Position numbers and translations under genes: made by a program. A stretch of 64,000 nucleotides of DNA from the NCBI GenBank assembly GCA_964424515.1, contig CAYRJJ010000001.1, positions 1,747 to 65,746 of the forward strand, written 5' to 3'. The notes beneath the pieces were generated by a model. That model saw only the letters and a program-made list of their open reading frames with translations, was not told the origin of the DNA and made no database searches. The stretch comes from an uncultured Candidatus Finniella sp. (lineage in GTDB: Bacteria > Pseudomonadota > Alphaproteobacteria > Paracaedibacterales > VGCI01). Of the stretch, positions 1-9,728 are shown piece after piece. How positions within the stretch are numbered: position 1 is the stretch's first letter; the number at the start of each line of letters is the position of its first letter.

Positions 1-1
1 G

Positions 2-1831
2 GTTTTTTCCTGTCGGGCGCAACAGCCCGTCCGGTTGCCAAAAGTACTTGTGCAGGGTGCGGCTTTACCGGCTCCTAACCCCCTGGATAGCGCTGACAGC
101 ACGCGCATGACAGCGCAAGATTGGGAGCAACAGCAATCCGTAACGCTCAGTGACGCCTTACGTCGCCTTCCCGGAGCGTATGTTACGCAAAGCGGGGGAG
201 CAGGAATTGGGCAAGAAGCAAGGGTTTCTTTTCGGGGAACAGGGCACGCCAATACAGCTGTCATCGTAAATGGCATGACCATCCATGACGCCGGGTCTTT
301 TGATGGGGCATTTAATTTGTCAAGATGGACCCTGGATGATGTGGCGGAGATTCATGTGATCCGGGGGCCGATGAGTAGTTTATATGGTCCAAGCGGCATA
401 GGCGGCGTTGTTGTTATTGAAACGAAAAAAGGCCGGGGTCCTCATACAACATTTGCAAAAGCGGAAGGCGGATCATTTCATACGGCTTCACAAATGGTTG
501 GCATCCAGGGACAAAAAAACCTGGTGGACTATCATGTTGCTGGCTCACGCCTTCAATCAGCAGGTCCATCCCCGACGCCGGCCCGGTTTCTGTCCCAAAT
601 TCAGGAAAAAGCAAATAACCCTTTGCGCCAGGAGACCATGGCCGCATGCTTGGGGGCAGGACCAGAATCTGCCCATATTTCTTTGGTCAGCCGGTATTTA
701 ACGCGTCGGCTTGGGTGGCGTGATACGCCTGTTTCCCCTTATCCCTGGCGTCAAAATTTGTCAGAAAGTTTCAACCGTCTCCAGGGGCATTTTGAAAATG
801 ACACAGGGCGCTGGAGCCATGAAGTCGGCCTTGGCTATTACCAAAATGACCTGACGAGCACGCATCCGGCAGAGAGTAAAGTTATGAGAAACGGATCTCA
901 AGCTCAAATCGACTGGCGGCAAATTTATGGCATGACGGACCACCTTCACCTTCAAATGGCAACAGACTATTCACAAGAAAAACTCTATTGGTATAAGATG
1001 CCAGACCTTAACCATAATTTTACAACATCTCACGGGGGAGCCGGGGGCGCCCTTTCTTTCAGGGTCCATGAGAATTTAATGATAACAGGTTCAAGCCGGA
1101 TCGATAAGTATCAAGGGATCGCCCCTACAGCAACCTATCGAGTGGGAGGCCAGTATGACATTGAAAAAATGACGGTAAAAGGAGGAATGGGGAGCGCCTT
1201 TAAAGCGCCAACCCTGCAACAAAAATTTTATAAAGACTCATTTTTCACGGGTAATCCCGGCTTAAAACCCGAGCGGAGCCTGGGGTGGGATGCGGGCATA
1301 GAGCGTCCTTTTTTTCAAAACCGCCTAACTGTGGGCGTGACGCTTTTCCAAAATCGCATGCGGGATCTTATTGCAAGCGCATCAGATGGTAAGTCTCTGA
1401 TAAATATTGATAAATCAAGGACGGAAGGGATGGAGGGCCTCATACGCTTTCACCCTGTAGTCGATTGGACTTTTGAAGTCTCTCATACCTACACCCAAGC
1501 CTGGGATGAAAAAACTGCCAAACCCTTGATCGGTAACCCCCTCAATAAAACAAGTTTTTGTATGATTGGGCAGATGACTTCCGAGTGGCAAATCAGTGGA
1601 AATCTTCTTTACATTAGCCCACGGCATACCTTCGATGCGGTAACCTTTGTAAGAGTTAAAACACCGAGCTATACCATCATCGGCGCTGAAACATCCTATC
1701 AACTGAATGAGCAGTGGCAAATTTACGGGCGGGGTGAAAATATACTGAACCGCCGGTATGAAAGCCCAAAAAGCTTGCAACAACCAGGTTTCGGCCTTTA
1801 TGCCGGGGTACGGGCGCGATGCTCGGGTTAA
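2..1831 (+). CDS. TonB-dependent outer-membrane receptor (BtuB/CirA-like), 5' end probably outside window
   Basis: 598-aa ORF. The frame stays open back to base 2 and the listed start is TTG. Plug-domain motifs are present (TLSDALRRLPGAYV, SFRGTG, IHVIRGPMSSLYG), followed by a long beta-barrel-like region. An overlapping TonB-like gene follows. Confidence 0.85.
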   Translation, partial: VFSCRAQQPVRLPKVLVQGAALPAPNPLDSADSTRMTAQDWEQQQSVTLSDALRRLPGAYVTQSGGAGIGQEARVSFRGTGHANTAVIVNGMTIHDAGSFDGAFNLSRWTLDDVAEIHVIRGPMSSLYGPSGIGGVVVIETKKGRGPHTTFAKAEGGSFHTASQMVGIQGQKNLVDYHVAGSRLQSAGPSPTPARFLSQIQEKANNPLRQETMAACLGAGPESAHISLVSRYLTRRLGWRDTPVSPYPWRQNLSESFNRLQGHFENDTGRWSHEVGLGYYQNDLTSTHPAESKVMRNGSQAQIDWRQIYGMTDHLHLQMATDYSQEKLYWYKMPDLNHNFTTSHGGAGGALSFRVHENLMITGSSRIDKYQGIAPTATYRVGGQYDIEKMTVKGGMGSAFKAPTLQQKFYKDSFFTGNPGLKPERSLGWDAGIERPFFQNRLTVGVTLFQNRMRDLIASASDGKSLINIDKSRTEGMEGLIRFHPVVDWTFEVSHTYTQAWDEKTAKPLIGNPLNKTSFCMIGQMTSEWQISGNLLYISPRHTFDAVTFVRVKTPSYTIIGAETSYQLNEQWQIYGRGENILNRRYESPKSLQQPGFGLYAGVRARCSG

Positions 1832-2460
1832 GGGCAATTTTAGCGACAGAAGGACTTTGGCCAGCGGGTGTTGCGGCATTTATGATTCATAGCCTGGTCA
1901 TTTCTGCGCTTGCCTGGAACAGGGCGCATTTACAAGGGGGCATGCAACGAGCCTTAAAAAATAATTTTTGCGTGGAAGCCGTATTTGAGCAAGGAACAGG
2001 GGGTGACACGTTACCCCAGGCCATAGCTTATGACAGTTATAGCGCGGAGCAGAGAGATAGAGCTTTTCAAAAGCCTAGGCCGCTTGACCCAACAAACCGC
2101 GTCGCTTATAAAGAGCCTTTCAAAAAACCTGTACAAAAAAAGAGTCAAGAAGGAAATCAACCGTCCTTGTTCGCATCAACGCCTCCTTTAACATCATCTT
2201 CTTCAGAGGCAGGTGATTCACTGCCCCTCTATAATCCCCCGCCTGTTTACCCCCGTGAAGCAAGACGGCAGAAAATTCAAGGTGTGGTTCTGGTTCAGGT
2301 ATTTTTGACAGCGACAGGCGAGGTTGAAAAAATCGTCCCTCTTCCCCCTCGTATAGATCCCCTCCTGGAAGAGGCAGCCTTAAAAGCCATCTATAAATGG
2401 AAATTTCAGCCAGGCGTGGGACCAGTAGAAGTCCCCATAGAATTTAAGCTAATGGTATGA
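1819..2460 (+). CDS. TonB-family energy transducer (N-terminal TM anchor, Pro-rich linker, TonB C-terminal domain)
   Basis: TM segment GLWPAGVAAFMIHSLVISALAW. Pro-rich stretch PLYNPPPVYP. C-terminal motif YPREARRQKIQGVVLVQVFL...AALKAIYKWKFQPG. Overlaps the receptor stop by 13 nt. Confidence 0.8.
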   Translation: MLGLRAILATEGLWPAGVAAFMIHSLVISALAWNRAHLQGGMQRALKNNFCVEAVFEQGTGGDTLPQAIAYDSYSAEQRDRAFQKPRPLDPTNRVAYKEPFKKPVQKKSQEGNQPSLFASTPPLTSSSSEAGDSLPLYNPPPVYPREARRQKIQGVVLVQVFLTATGEVEKIVPLPPRIDPLLEEAALKAIYKWKFQPGVGPVEVPIEFKLMV

Positions 2461-2468
2461 CAAAAGAA

Positions 2469-2681
2469 CAGCGATTCCCGCTAGGGAAACATATAAGCTT
2501 TTGTTTTTATAAATTTTCTTTCAAATATATCTGCGAAAAAATCACATATCTCTTTGTTATTTATGGGAAAAGTTATTCATATAAAATCAATAACAATAAT
2601 ATAAGGGGATTTTTCACAAATATATTTTAATAAAACAATTTATTATCCAATCATTAGCCTATTTTTCAGCGGGAATCGCTG
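2469..2681. mobile_element. MITE-like element R1, copy 1 (213 bp, 14-bp TIR CAGCGATTCCCGCT, 9-bp TSD ACAAAAGAA)
   Basis: Left end 2469-2482 is cagcgattcccgct. Right end 2668-2681 is agcgggaatcgctg, its perfect reverse complement. Flanking direct repeat acaaaagaa at 2460-2468 and 2682-2690. AT-rich non-coding interior. A second copy is at 33774-33936. Confidence 0.75.
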
Positions 2682-2806
2682 ACAAAAGAAGGATTATCTT
2701 TAACATACTTAATCATGTCTAATTATTGAAATAACGCGTATTCCTGTTTCTTTGATGCTCAATTACGGATGAGCTTGAAGCGACAAAGAACACGGGAATT
2801 ACTCCT

Positions 2807-4210
2807 TTAAGTAGAAAATTTGCTTTTTAATCCGAAAGCCTGTTGAATATGGCATTGGAATTCTTCAGGCGTGAGCAGTTCAAGGTCGATGGCAGCCTGT
2901 TCTAGAGAGATATCTTCTAACAACGCCCGTTTTGCTAATTTGGCGGCATTGTCATACCCGATGATGGGGTTTAAGGCTGTTACCAGCATGAGCGAATTGG
3001 CGACATTTTGCTTCAGGCGCTGGATGTTAGGCGCAATATCCTTTAAGCAATTGTCCGTAAAGCTTCGGGCAGCATCCGCCAAAAGGCGGGTGGACTGCAA
3101 AACGTTAGCGATGATGACAGGTTTGAAGACGTTGAGTTCAAAGTGGCCTTGGCTACCCGCGATGGTTACTGTCGTATGGTTACCCATGACCTGGCAGGCG
3201 ACCATGGTCATGGCTTCGGCTTGGGTGGGGTTGACTTTGCCTGGCATAATTGAGGAGCCAGGCTCATTTTCAGGCAAATAAATTTCCCCTAAACCGCAAC
3301 GGGGGCCGGATCCTAACCACCGGATATCATTGGCAATTTTCATCATACTCACGGCCAGCACATTCAAAGCGCCGGAGAGTTCGACCAAGGCATCATGAGA
3401 CGCAAGGGCTTCAAACTTATTGGCGGCTGTTACGAAAGGAAAGCCGGTGAAATCCGCAACGGCCTTAGCAAAGAGGCGGTCAAATGTTGGCGGACAATTT
3501 AAGCCTGTTCCCACGGCCGTTCCCCCCTGGGCTAAGGGATAAAGACGCCTCAAACAATCGTGGAGGCGGGCTAATCCAAGTTCCATTTGAGTCGCATATC
3601 CGGAAAATTCCTGGCCCAGCGTGAGGGGTGTTGCATCTTGAAGGTGGGTTCGTCCGATTTTGAGAAGGTGCGCAAAAGCTTCCGCTTTATTATTCAAATG
3701 ATGGCGCAAGTGCGTGATGGCAGGGATCAACTCCGTGTGGACTTCCAAAACAGCGGCAATGTGCATGGCGGTCGGGAACGAATCATTCGTTGATTGTCCA
3801 TAATTTACATGATCGTTGGGGTGTACAGGTTTTTTTGCTCCCAAAGGGAACCCGAGCTGTTCATTAGCCCGATTGGCGATGACTTCATTCGCATTCATGT
3901 TGGTTTGCGTGCCCGATCCTGTTTGCCAAACCACCAGGGGAAAATGCTCGTCCCATTTACCGTCAATCACCTCATCTGCGGCCTGTATGATGGCTTGCGC
4001 GATGTCGGAGGGCAGCGTTTTTAAAATGAGGTTCGTTTGCGCTGCGCACCGTTTTTGAATGGCTAACGCCCGAATGAGGGGCAGGGGCATCCGTTCGTGG
4101 CCGATGCGGAAATTTTGACGGGACCGTTCCGTTTGGGCGCCCCAATAGGCTCCTTTAGGGATCTTTACGTCGCCCATAGAATCCGATTCACTGCGAAATT
4201 CTTCTGCCAT
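2807..4210 (-). CDS. fumC: Fumarate hydratase, class II
   Basis: 467 aa. Fumarate-lyase signature [13 protein letters not shown], plus [10 protein letters not shown] and other class II fumarase motifs. Confidence 0.95.
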   Translation of the reverse strand: MAEEFRSESDSMGDVKIPKGAYWGAQTERSRQNFRIGHERMPLPLIRALAIQKRCAAQTNLILKTLPSDIAQAIIQAADEVIDGKWDEHFPLVVWQTGSGTQTNMNANEVIANRANEQLGFPLGAKKPVHPNDHVNYGQSTNDSFPTAMHIAAVLEVHTELIPAITHLRHHLNNKAEAFAHLLKIGRTHLQDATPLTLGQEFSGYATQMELGLARLHDCLRRLYPLAQGGTAVGTGLNCPPTFDRLFAKAVADFTGFPFVTAANKFEALASHDALVELSGALNVLAVSMMKIANDIRWLGSGPRCGLGEIYLPENEPGSSIMPGKVNPTQAEAMTMVACQVMGNHTTVTIAGSQGHFELNVFKPVIIANVLQSTRLLADAARSFTDNCLKDIAPNIQRLKQNVANSLMLVTALNPIIGYDNAAKLAKRALLEDISLEQAAIDLELLTPEEFQCHIQQAFGLKSKFST

Positions 4211-4284
4211 GATTTCATCCTTTTATTAAAAAAGAAGCTTACTCTATACTGACTCTTATTCTGAGTGTAGCGGGGAGATGATTA

Positions 4285-4728
4285 ATGACTTCTAAATGGA
4301 TGACGCTTGCGTTAGCTGAAGCCAAAGATGCCGGGGCGCGGGGAGAGGCGCCTGTTGGCGCTATCCTTGTGTGGGACGGCAAAGTCATTGCAGCGGCGGG
4401 GAACCGGGTGGAGGAATTGTCTGATCCCACAGCCCATGCTGAAATTTTGGCGCTCCGGGAAGCAGCCCGCCTTTTGGGAACGCCGCGGCTCAGGGGGGGC
4501 GATTTATATGTCACGCTGGAGCCGTGCCCCATGTGCGCCACCGCTTTGTCCTTTGCCCGTATTAAGCGGGTCTTCTTTGGCGCTTTTGATCCCAAAGGAG
4601 GGGGGGTTGACCATGGCCCCCGTATTTTTGATCAGCCCACCTGTCATCACCGTCCCGATGTTTTTGGAGGATTATCTGAACAAGTCTGCGCGACGCTCCT
4701 GACAGACTTTTTTGAAGCGAAGCGATAA
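4285..4728 (+). CDS. tadA: tRNA-specific adenosine deaminase
   Basis: 147 aa. Zinc-binding deaminase motifs HAEILAL and LEPCPMCATAL. Size is typical of TadA. Confidence 0.9.
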   Translation: MTSKWMTLALAEAKDAGARGEAPVGAILVWDGKVIAAAGNRVEELSDPTAHAEILALREAARLLGTPRLRGGDLYVTLEPCPMCATALSFARIKRVFFGAFDPKGGGVDHGPRIFDQPTCHHRPDVFGGLSEQVCATLLTDFFEAKR

Positions 4729-4999
4729 GCAAAAGAGAAGCTAAAAACAGAACCGCGGGTGACAACCAGCAATAGATATCAACTTTCTTTATTGCTCCCA
4801 TCATTTCCCGGTCAGAGCAGGTTATAAATTTAAATTGCATTCTCCCCCTACCCCTCTATAATCCAAGGAGCCTGAGGAAGCATAACGATTTTGTCCAAAT
4901 CTGAAGCCTCTTGGGGGTGAGGGCAAGCAGGCTTCTTGTTAATGAGTGACTTGCTCTCAAAAAGTGATAAGGGAATAGGGAATAAAACTGAAGTTTTGA

Positions 5000-7000
5000 A
5001 TGATGACCAGTCAGCTTTTAAAAATTGAGTCACCCTTTGTTCCGGCAGGGGACCAGCCCCAAGCGATTGACGCTCTGGTTTCCAACCTTGAAGCCGGAGC
5101 CAAAAATCAGGTTCTACTGGGCGTGACGGGGTCGGGTAAAACCTTCACGATGGCCCATGTTATTCAAGCTGTTCAACGTCCCGCCTTAATCCTCGCTCCC
5201 AATAAAATTCTAGCGGCGCAATTGTATGGAGAGATGAAATCATTCTTTCCCAACAATGCGGTAGAATACTTTGTTTCCTATTACGATTATTACCAACCTG
5301 AAGCTTATGTTGCGCGCACTGATACTTATATTGAGAAAGAATCTTCCATTAATGAGCAGATTGACCGGATGCGTCATTCAGCGACCCGGTCATTGCTGGA
5401 ACGCCCTGATGTCATTATTGTGGCGAGCATTTCATGTATTTACGGCATTGGAGGGGTCGAAACGTATAGTGAGATGATCCTTCCCTTGAAGGTCGGTCAA
5501 GAGATTGAAAGGGGGGATTTTATTCGCCGGTTGGTAGAACTGCACTACAAGCGCAATGATCTGTCTTTTGTTCGAGGGACTTTTCGCGTTCGGGGCGATG
5601 TGGTGGAATTGTTTCCGGCCCACTATGAAGACCGCGCCTGGCGGATCAGCTTTTTCGGGGATGAAGTGGAATCCATTCAGGAAATGGATTCTTTAACGGG
5701 AGAACGCTACCAGACGCTAGAGGTAATCCGTATCTTTGCGAACAGTCACTATGTGACGCCCGGGCCAACCATGCAACAGGCCATCAAACAAATTCAGGTG
5801 GATCTGGGGAGTCGATTGGAAGAATTCCGCCAGGCGAATAAACTCCTGGAAGCCCAGCGGCTGGAGCAACGCATTAAATTTGATGTGGAAATGATGGCGG
5901 CGACCGGATCATGCGCAGGAATTGAGAATTACTCCCGTTACCTTACGGGCCGTGCCCCGGGAGAACCGCCGCCCACCCTCTTTGAATATTTGCCAAAACA
6001 TGCGATTTTGATTATTGATGAAAGCCATGTGACGGTTCCTCAACTCAATGGCATGTACAAGGGGGATCGCTCACGCAAGGAAACGTTGAGTGAATATGGC
6101 TTCCGGTTGCCCTCTTGCCGGGACAACCGTCCTTTAAAATTTGAGGAGTGGGAAGCATTACGTCCCCAAACCGTGTTTGTGTCCGCAACGCCCGGCCCGT
6201 GGGAACTGCAACAAACGCAAGGAGAGTTTATTGAACAAGTTATCCGCCCTACGGGGCTGATAGACCCCATTTGCGTCGTTCGCCCGTGTGACCATCAAGT
6301 GGATGACCTCATTGCCGAATGCCGGGAAACGGTTGGCAAGGGGATGCGTGTTCTGGTGACTACGCTGACCAAGAAAATGGCGGAAGCCCTGACGGAATAT
6401 TTAGCGGAAGCAGGCTTTAAAGTTCGCTATATGCATTCTGATGTGGAGACGCTAGAACGTATTGAAATTATTCGCAATTTACGCTTAGGTCTTTGTGATA
6501 TACTGATCGGGATCAACCTCTTGCGTGAAGGGCTGGATATTCCTGAATGCGGACTTGTGACGATTTTGGATGCGGATAAAGAGGGATATTTGCGGTCCAG
6601 GACATCCCTCATTCAAACGATCGGGCGGGCGGCCCGCAACGCGGAAGGGCGCGTCATTCTTTATGCGGATAAGATGACCCGGTCTATGACGGAAGCTTTG
6701 GGAGAAACGAACCGTCGCCGCGAAAAGCAGCAAGCCTATAATAGCGCCCATGGCATTACGCCAGAGACGATCAAGAGAACCATCACCAATATTTTAGGCA
6801 GCGTCTATGAGGCGGACCATTTAACGGTTGAGATGCAGGACGTGCCCCATTTGGTTGGAAAGTCCTTGAAATCCCATCTGACCCATTTGGAGCGTCGCAT
6901 GCGGGACGCGGCAGCCAACCTTGAATTTGAAGAGGCCGCGAAATTGCGGGATGAAATCCGCCGCCTTGAAGCGCACGATTTGGGGTTGGGGAAGGTATAA
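5000..7000 (+). CDS. uvrB: Excinuclease ABC subunit B
   Basis: 666 aa. Walker [13 protein letters not shown] box IIDESHVT, helicase C motifs, and a C-terminal UVR motif ([17 protein letters not shown]). Confidence 0.97.
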   Translation: MMTSQLLKIESPFVPAGDQPQAIDALVSNLEAGAKNQVLLGVTGSGKTFTMAHVIQAVQRPALILAPNKILAAQLYGEMKSFFPNNAVEYFVSYYDYYQPEAYVARTDTYIEKESSINEQIDRMRHSATRSLLERPDVIIVASISCIYGIGGVETYSEMILPLKVGQEIERGDFIRRLVELHYKRNDLSFVRGTFRVRGDVVELFPAHYEDRAWRISFFGDEVESIQEMDSLTGERYQTLEVIRIFANSHYVTPGPTMQQAIKQIQVDLGSRLEEFRQANKLLEAQRLEQRIKFDVEMMAATGSCAGIENYSRYLTGRAPGEPPPTLFEYLPKHAILIIDESHVTVPQLNGMYKGDRSRKETLSEYGFRLPSCRDNRPLKFEEWEALRPQTVFVSATPGPWELQQTQGEFIEQVIRPTGLIDPICVVRPCDHQVDDLIAECRETVGKGMRVLVTTLTKKMAEALTEYLAEAGFKVRYMHSDVETLERIEIIRNLRLGLCDILIGINLLREGLDIPECGLVTILDADKEGYLRSRTSLIQTIGRAARNAEGRVILYADKMTRSMTEALGETNRRREKQQAYNSAHGITPETIKRTITNILGSVYEADHLTVEMQDVPHLVGKSLKSHLTHLERRMRDAAANLEFEEAAKLRDEIRRLEAHDLGLGKV

Positions 7001-7110
7001 TTCAGTCGGGAAATACCACAAAGCATCAGGAGCAGACTCCTATCCACCTGCCCTGAACATCGCCGCCTGGCAAGGGAGGGCGCAAAATCACCTGCGCTTC
7101 AAAGGAAGTA

Positions 7111-8082
7111 TTATTGGCTTCGGACGAAAGTAAAATACGCAGTCATCATCTCACTTTCTTCCGCAAGTGCGTTATCCAATTCTAATTGGGCAGCTTTCAC
7201 CTGCTCTGTTTGCTTTGACCAGGTCGCTTCCGTATCTTTCTCTTCCAGGGAACCCGAATTCCATAGCGCCCTGTACCTATTGAATGCCTCATTGCTTTGG
7301 GTCCTTTTTTCCTCTGCTTCCCGCCGTAACGTTGCTATTTGAGGACGAAGCTCACATAAAGCGCTTTCTACAAATCTTTTAGGCTTTTCTGAAGGTTTCC
7401 GGTTAGAAATTAAAACAAAGTACCTGTCAAGCATGTGGTCAAGCCGGGCGCCTGCTTCATTCAGGTCAGATTCTATGAGATATCTTACCCTATGAAGCGA
7501 TTCCGATTCTTCGTTGGCTTTATCCTTTATCTCCGGTTCAGAAGCGATGAGAGACACATATACGCTGGATGCTTCTGATGCTTTCGCGCTTATGTCTTTC
7601 AGGCTTGTCCGCAATGCAATAACTTGTGGGTGCAATGCGCATATATCTTGTATCAGCCGTCTCTTTTCTTCCTTTCGCTCTGCACGCCTTTTATTTTCCT
7701 GCTGAGAGTCCTCTTCCTTTGCTGTGAGAAGGGATGCGCGGAGCGCTTTTTCAATATCCGTCTCTGCGAAATCATGGAGAGGAGGCAAATTTTCCGAAAG
7801 GGACAGGTGAAGGACCCGCTTCAATTCCCCTTCTTCTTGATCAGAAAGATCAAGAAGAGCATTAATCTGACGTTCTCCCTCCTGATCCGCCTCATCGAGG
7901 AATTTCATTTGAGTTTCAAAGACTTGATTTTCTTGATGGGCACGTAAGCTCGCCCAATTATTTGCAAGGGCATGTTGCGTAGTAACCGTTTGGGATTCCT
8001 CTATTTTTTCAGCTGCCCGTGCAGCAGGGATCCACATAAGGGTTGCGTAAAGAAGAGTTAAAATAACCGATGAACTTTTCAT
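7111..8082 (-). CDS. Secreted coiled-coil protein with two UIM-like motifs (orphan, candidate host-interaction factor)
   Basis: Internal ATG at 8082 is preceded by GGGGGA and gives the signal peptide MKSSSVILTLLYATLMWIPAARA/AE. The rest is charged, heptad-rich sequence. UIM-like segments are DQEEGELKRVLHLSLSE and AETDIEKALRASLLTAKEE. No family recognised. Confidence 0.6.
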   Translation of the reverse strand: MKSSSVILTLLYATLMWIPAARAAEKIEESQTVTTQHALANNWASLRAHQENQVFETQMKFLDEADQEGERQINALLDLSDQEEGELKRVLHLSLSENLPPLHDFAETDIEKALRASLLTAKEEDSQQENKRRAERKEEKRRLIQDICALHPQVIALRTSLKDISAKASEASSVYVSLIASEPEIKDKANEESESLHRVRYLIESDLNEAGARLDHMLDRYFVLISNRKPSEKPKRFVESALCELRPQIATLRREAEEKRTQSNEAFNRYRALWNSGSLEEKDTEATWSKQTEQVKAAQLELDNALAEESEMMTAYFTFVRSQ

Positions 8083-8456
8083 CCCTGATCCCCCTTGCGT
8101 TATGATAGTTTTGACTCGGATTCCAGTGTCATTATATTTTTTATAATTTATTTTTCTATAAACACATTGAAAATGCAATATATGTTTTTCAGGATAGTAT
8201 TTTATCAGGTTTTGTGGATTTATCCGGGATCTCTACCGCTTTCTTTTTTCCACTTATGGAGAGAAAATGGCGAATTCCAGGCCAGAAATAGGGCGGCCAA
8301 CAACCTTCTCTTAATCATTCTTTAACGCCTGCGCTAGTATTATTTTAGAAGATGGTTATAAAAGATTCGGGTGGGTTATTGATTCTACCGTTGCCTCTTT
8401 CATAACAGATTATTAAGAAAATGTTTTTGATTAAGGTTTTATTAAGGAGTTTTATC

Positions 8457-8981
8457 ATGACTAACCATAGTGTATTTTTCAGGGCGCTTCCTTTTTTGTG
8501 CATCACGCTCTTTCTTTCTTCGTTAGCCTGGGGAGCTGAAAATGAGGATGATGCCGCAAACCAGCCAGAGGAGGCGACGGCAAATGCGGGTAGCGCGCCC
8601 TCTCCTTCTTCCGAGCAACCGTCAGAATCTGAACACGAAGAGGCTGGACAAGAAGATAAAGCAGATACGGCTGATGCATCCTCTCCTCCTTCCGAGCAAC
8701 CGCCAGAATCTGAACACGATGAGAGCGGACACGAGAGTGAAGCAGATGCGCCAGCAAGTGAGAAAGATGAGCAGTCTGAACTTATAGATGAAGAAGCCGA
8801 ATACAATAAAAAACAATTAGAGCACAACAAAAAGGTACTTAAGGTTAATAAAGCTGTAGCGGAACTTAAAGCGGAACAAAAAGAACTGGATAAGGAAGGA
8901 AAGGAAATTGCAAAGAAGGAAAAACAGCTTAAACGACAGTCCTCTTCCCCTGCATCGCATAAGCATAAGGAAGAAGATTAG
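8457..8981 (+). CDS. Secreted acidic protein with tandem 27-aa Ser/Glu/Pro repeat and Lys/Glu coiled-coil tail (orphan)
   Basis: ATG at 8457 is preceded by AAGGAG (8444-8449). Signal peptide ...FLSSLAWG/AE. Two tandem 81-bp units lie at about 8598-8678 and 8679-8755. The C-terminus is KAEQKELDKEGKEIAKKEKQLK. Confidence 0.6.
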   Translation: MTNHSVFFRALPFLCITLFLSSLAWGAENEDDAANQPEEATANAGSAPSPSSEQPSESEHEEAGQEDKADTADASSPPSEQPPESEHDESGHESEADAPASEKDEQSELIDEEAEYNKKQLEHNKKVLKVNKAVAELKAEQKELDKEGKEIAKKEKQLKRQSSSPASHKHKEED

Positions 8982-8982
8982 T

Positions 8983-9082
8983 CTTCTTGCGAAACCATCA
9001 CCTTTTGCTCCATGGCGTCGTCAAAAATTTGTTCGTGATCCTCATGTACTCTTATGTACACTCCGGTCACGAACGAATTTTT
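8983..9082. repeat. Dispersed repeat R2, copy 1 (84-bp core plus hairpin extension), immediately 3' of a stop codon
   Basis: Core 8983-9066 is about 94% identical (5 mismatches by eye) to the reverse complement of 52840-52923. It contains the long hairpin aaaaatttgttcgtga...tcacgaacgaattttt. Confidence 0.6.
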
Positions 9083-9249
9083 TTCTAAGGCGTGTCTCCT
9101 GAGGTCATATATACATCTGTTTTTTAATAATCCTTCCATAAAATAGGAAACAACATACGGGTTTGCGTAAAAATAAACTAAAAATAAATGATTTCTATTC
9201 TAAAATAAAAGAGGAATGGAATTATTTATAATAAATAAACAGAGAGGCA

Positions 9250-9645
9250 ATGAGAACTATGGAAACTTACTTGCCACCTAACCGGCTGTTGTCAACAAGA
9301 GCCATTGCTATGCCAGCTGACACAAACCCCAGTGGTGATATTTTTGGCGGGTGGCTGGTTGCGCAAATGGATTTAGCGGGAGGGAACGTCGCTTCTGCCA
9401 GAACAAAAGGCCGGGTCGTAACGGTTGCTATTGATGCGCTCGTGTTTCATAAGCCGGTCTTTGTGGGTGATGAAGTCAGCTGTTATGCGGAAGTTATTCG
9501 GATTGGCCACACCTCTCTTACCCTGCATATCGAAGCTTGGGTAAGGCGGGCGTTGCAGGACGCGGTTCTTAAAGTCACGGAAGGCACTTTTACCTTTGTC
9601 TCAATTGATAAGGACCATAAACCCTGTGCAGTTCCGAAAAACTGA
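9250..9645 (+). CDS. Acyl-CoA thioesterase, YciA-like hotdog fold
   Basis: 131 aa. Motif MPADTNPSGDIFGGWLVAQMDLAGG...VTVAIDALVFHKPVFVGD is typical of the YciA/4HBT family. Confidence 0.85.
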   Translation: MRTMETYLPPNRLLSTRAIAMPADTNPSGDIFGGWLVAQMDLAGGNVASARTKGRVVTVAIDALVFHKPVFVGDEVSCYAEVIRIGHTSLTLHIEAWVRRALQDAVLKVTEGTFTFVSIDKDHKPCAVPKN

Positions 9646-9728
9646 GAGAAAACTCTTCCCTAGGTATCGGCTCCTCTTGTATGTCCCGGACTTTTATCAA
9701 CTTTAGCCAGGGAATTTATAAAGGACTT

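Noticed and set aside
2871-4058. Several 66-136 aa ORFs antisense to fumC. Similar antisense or out-of-frame ORFs occur inside uvrB, hscA, iscS, fabF, fabD, leuS, parE, the SNF2 gene and others.
   Set aside because: They are fully embedded in strongly supported conserved genes. They have no motifs and no SD signals, and they look like typical shadow ORFs.
4562-4840. 92-aa minus-strand ORF with a hydrophobic segment downstream of tadA.
   Set aside because: It overlaps the 3' end of tadA by about 167 nt in antisense. Only the first ~37 codons lie outside tadA. No SD or family resemblance.
8908-9102. A 64-aa ORF shares the peptide LAKPSPF.PWRRQKFVRDPHVLLCTLR with the 71-aa ORF at 52822-53037; possible paralogous small proteins.
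   Set aside because: The similarity is explained by non-coding repeat R2. The ORFs begin inside neighbouring genes or flanks and differ outside the repeat.
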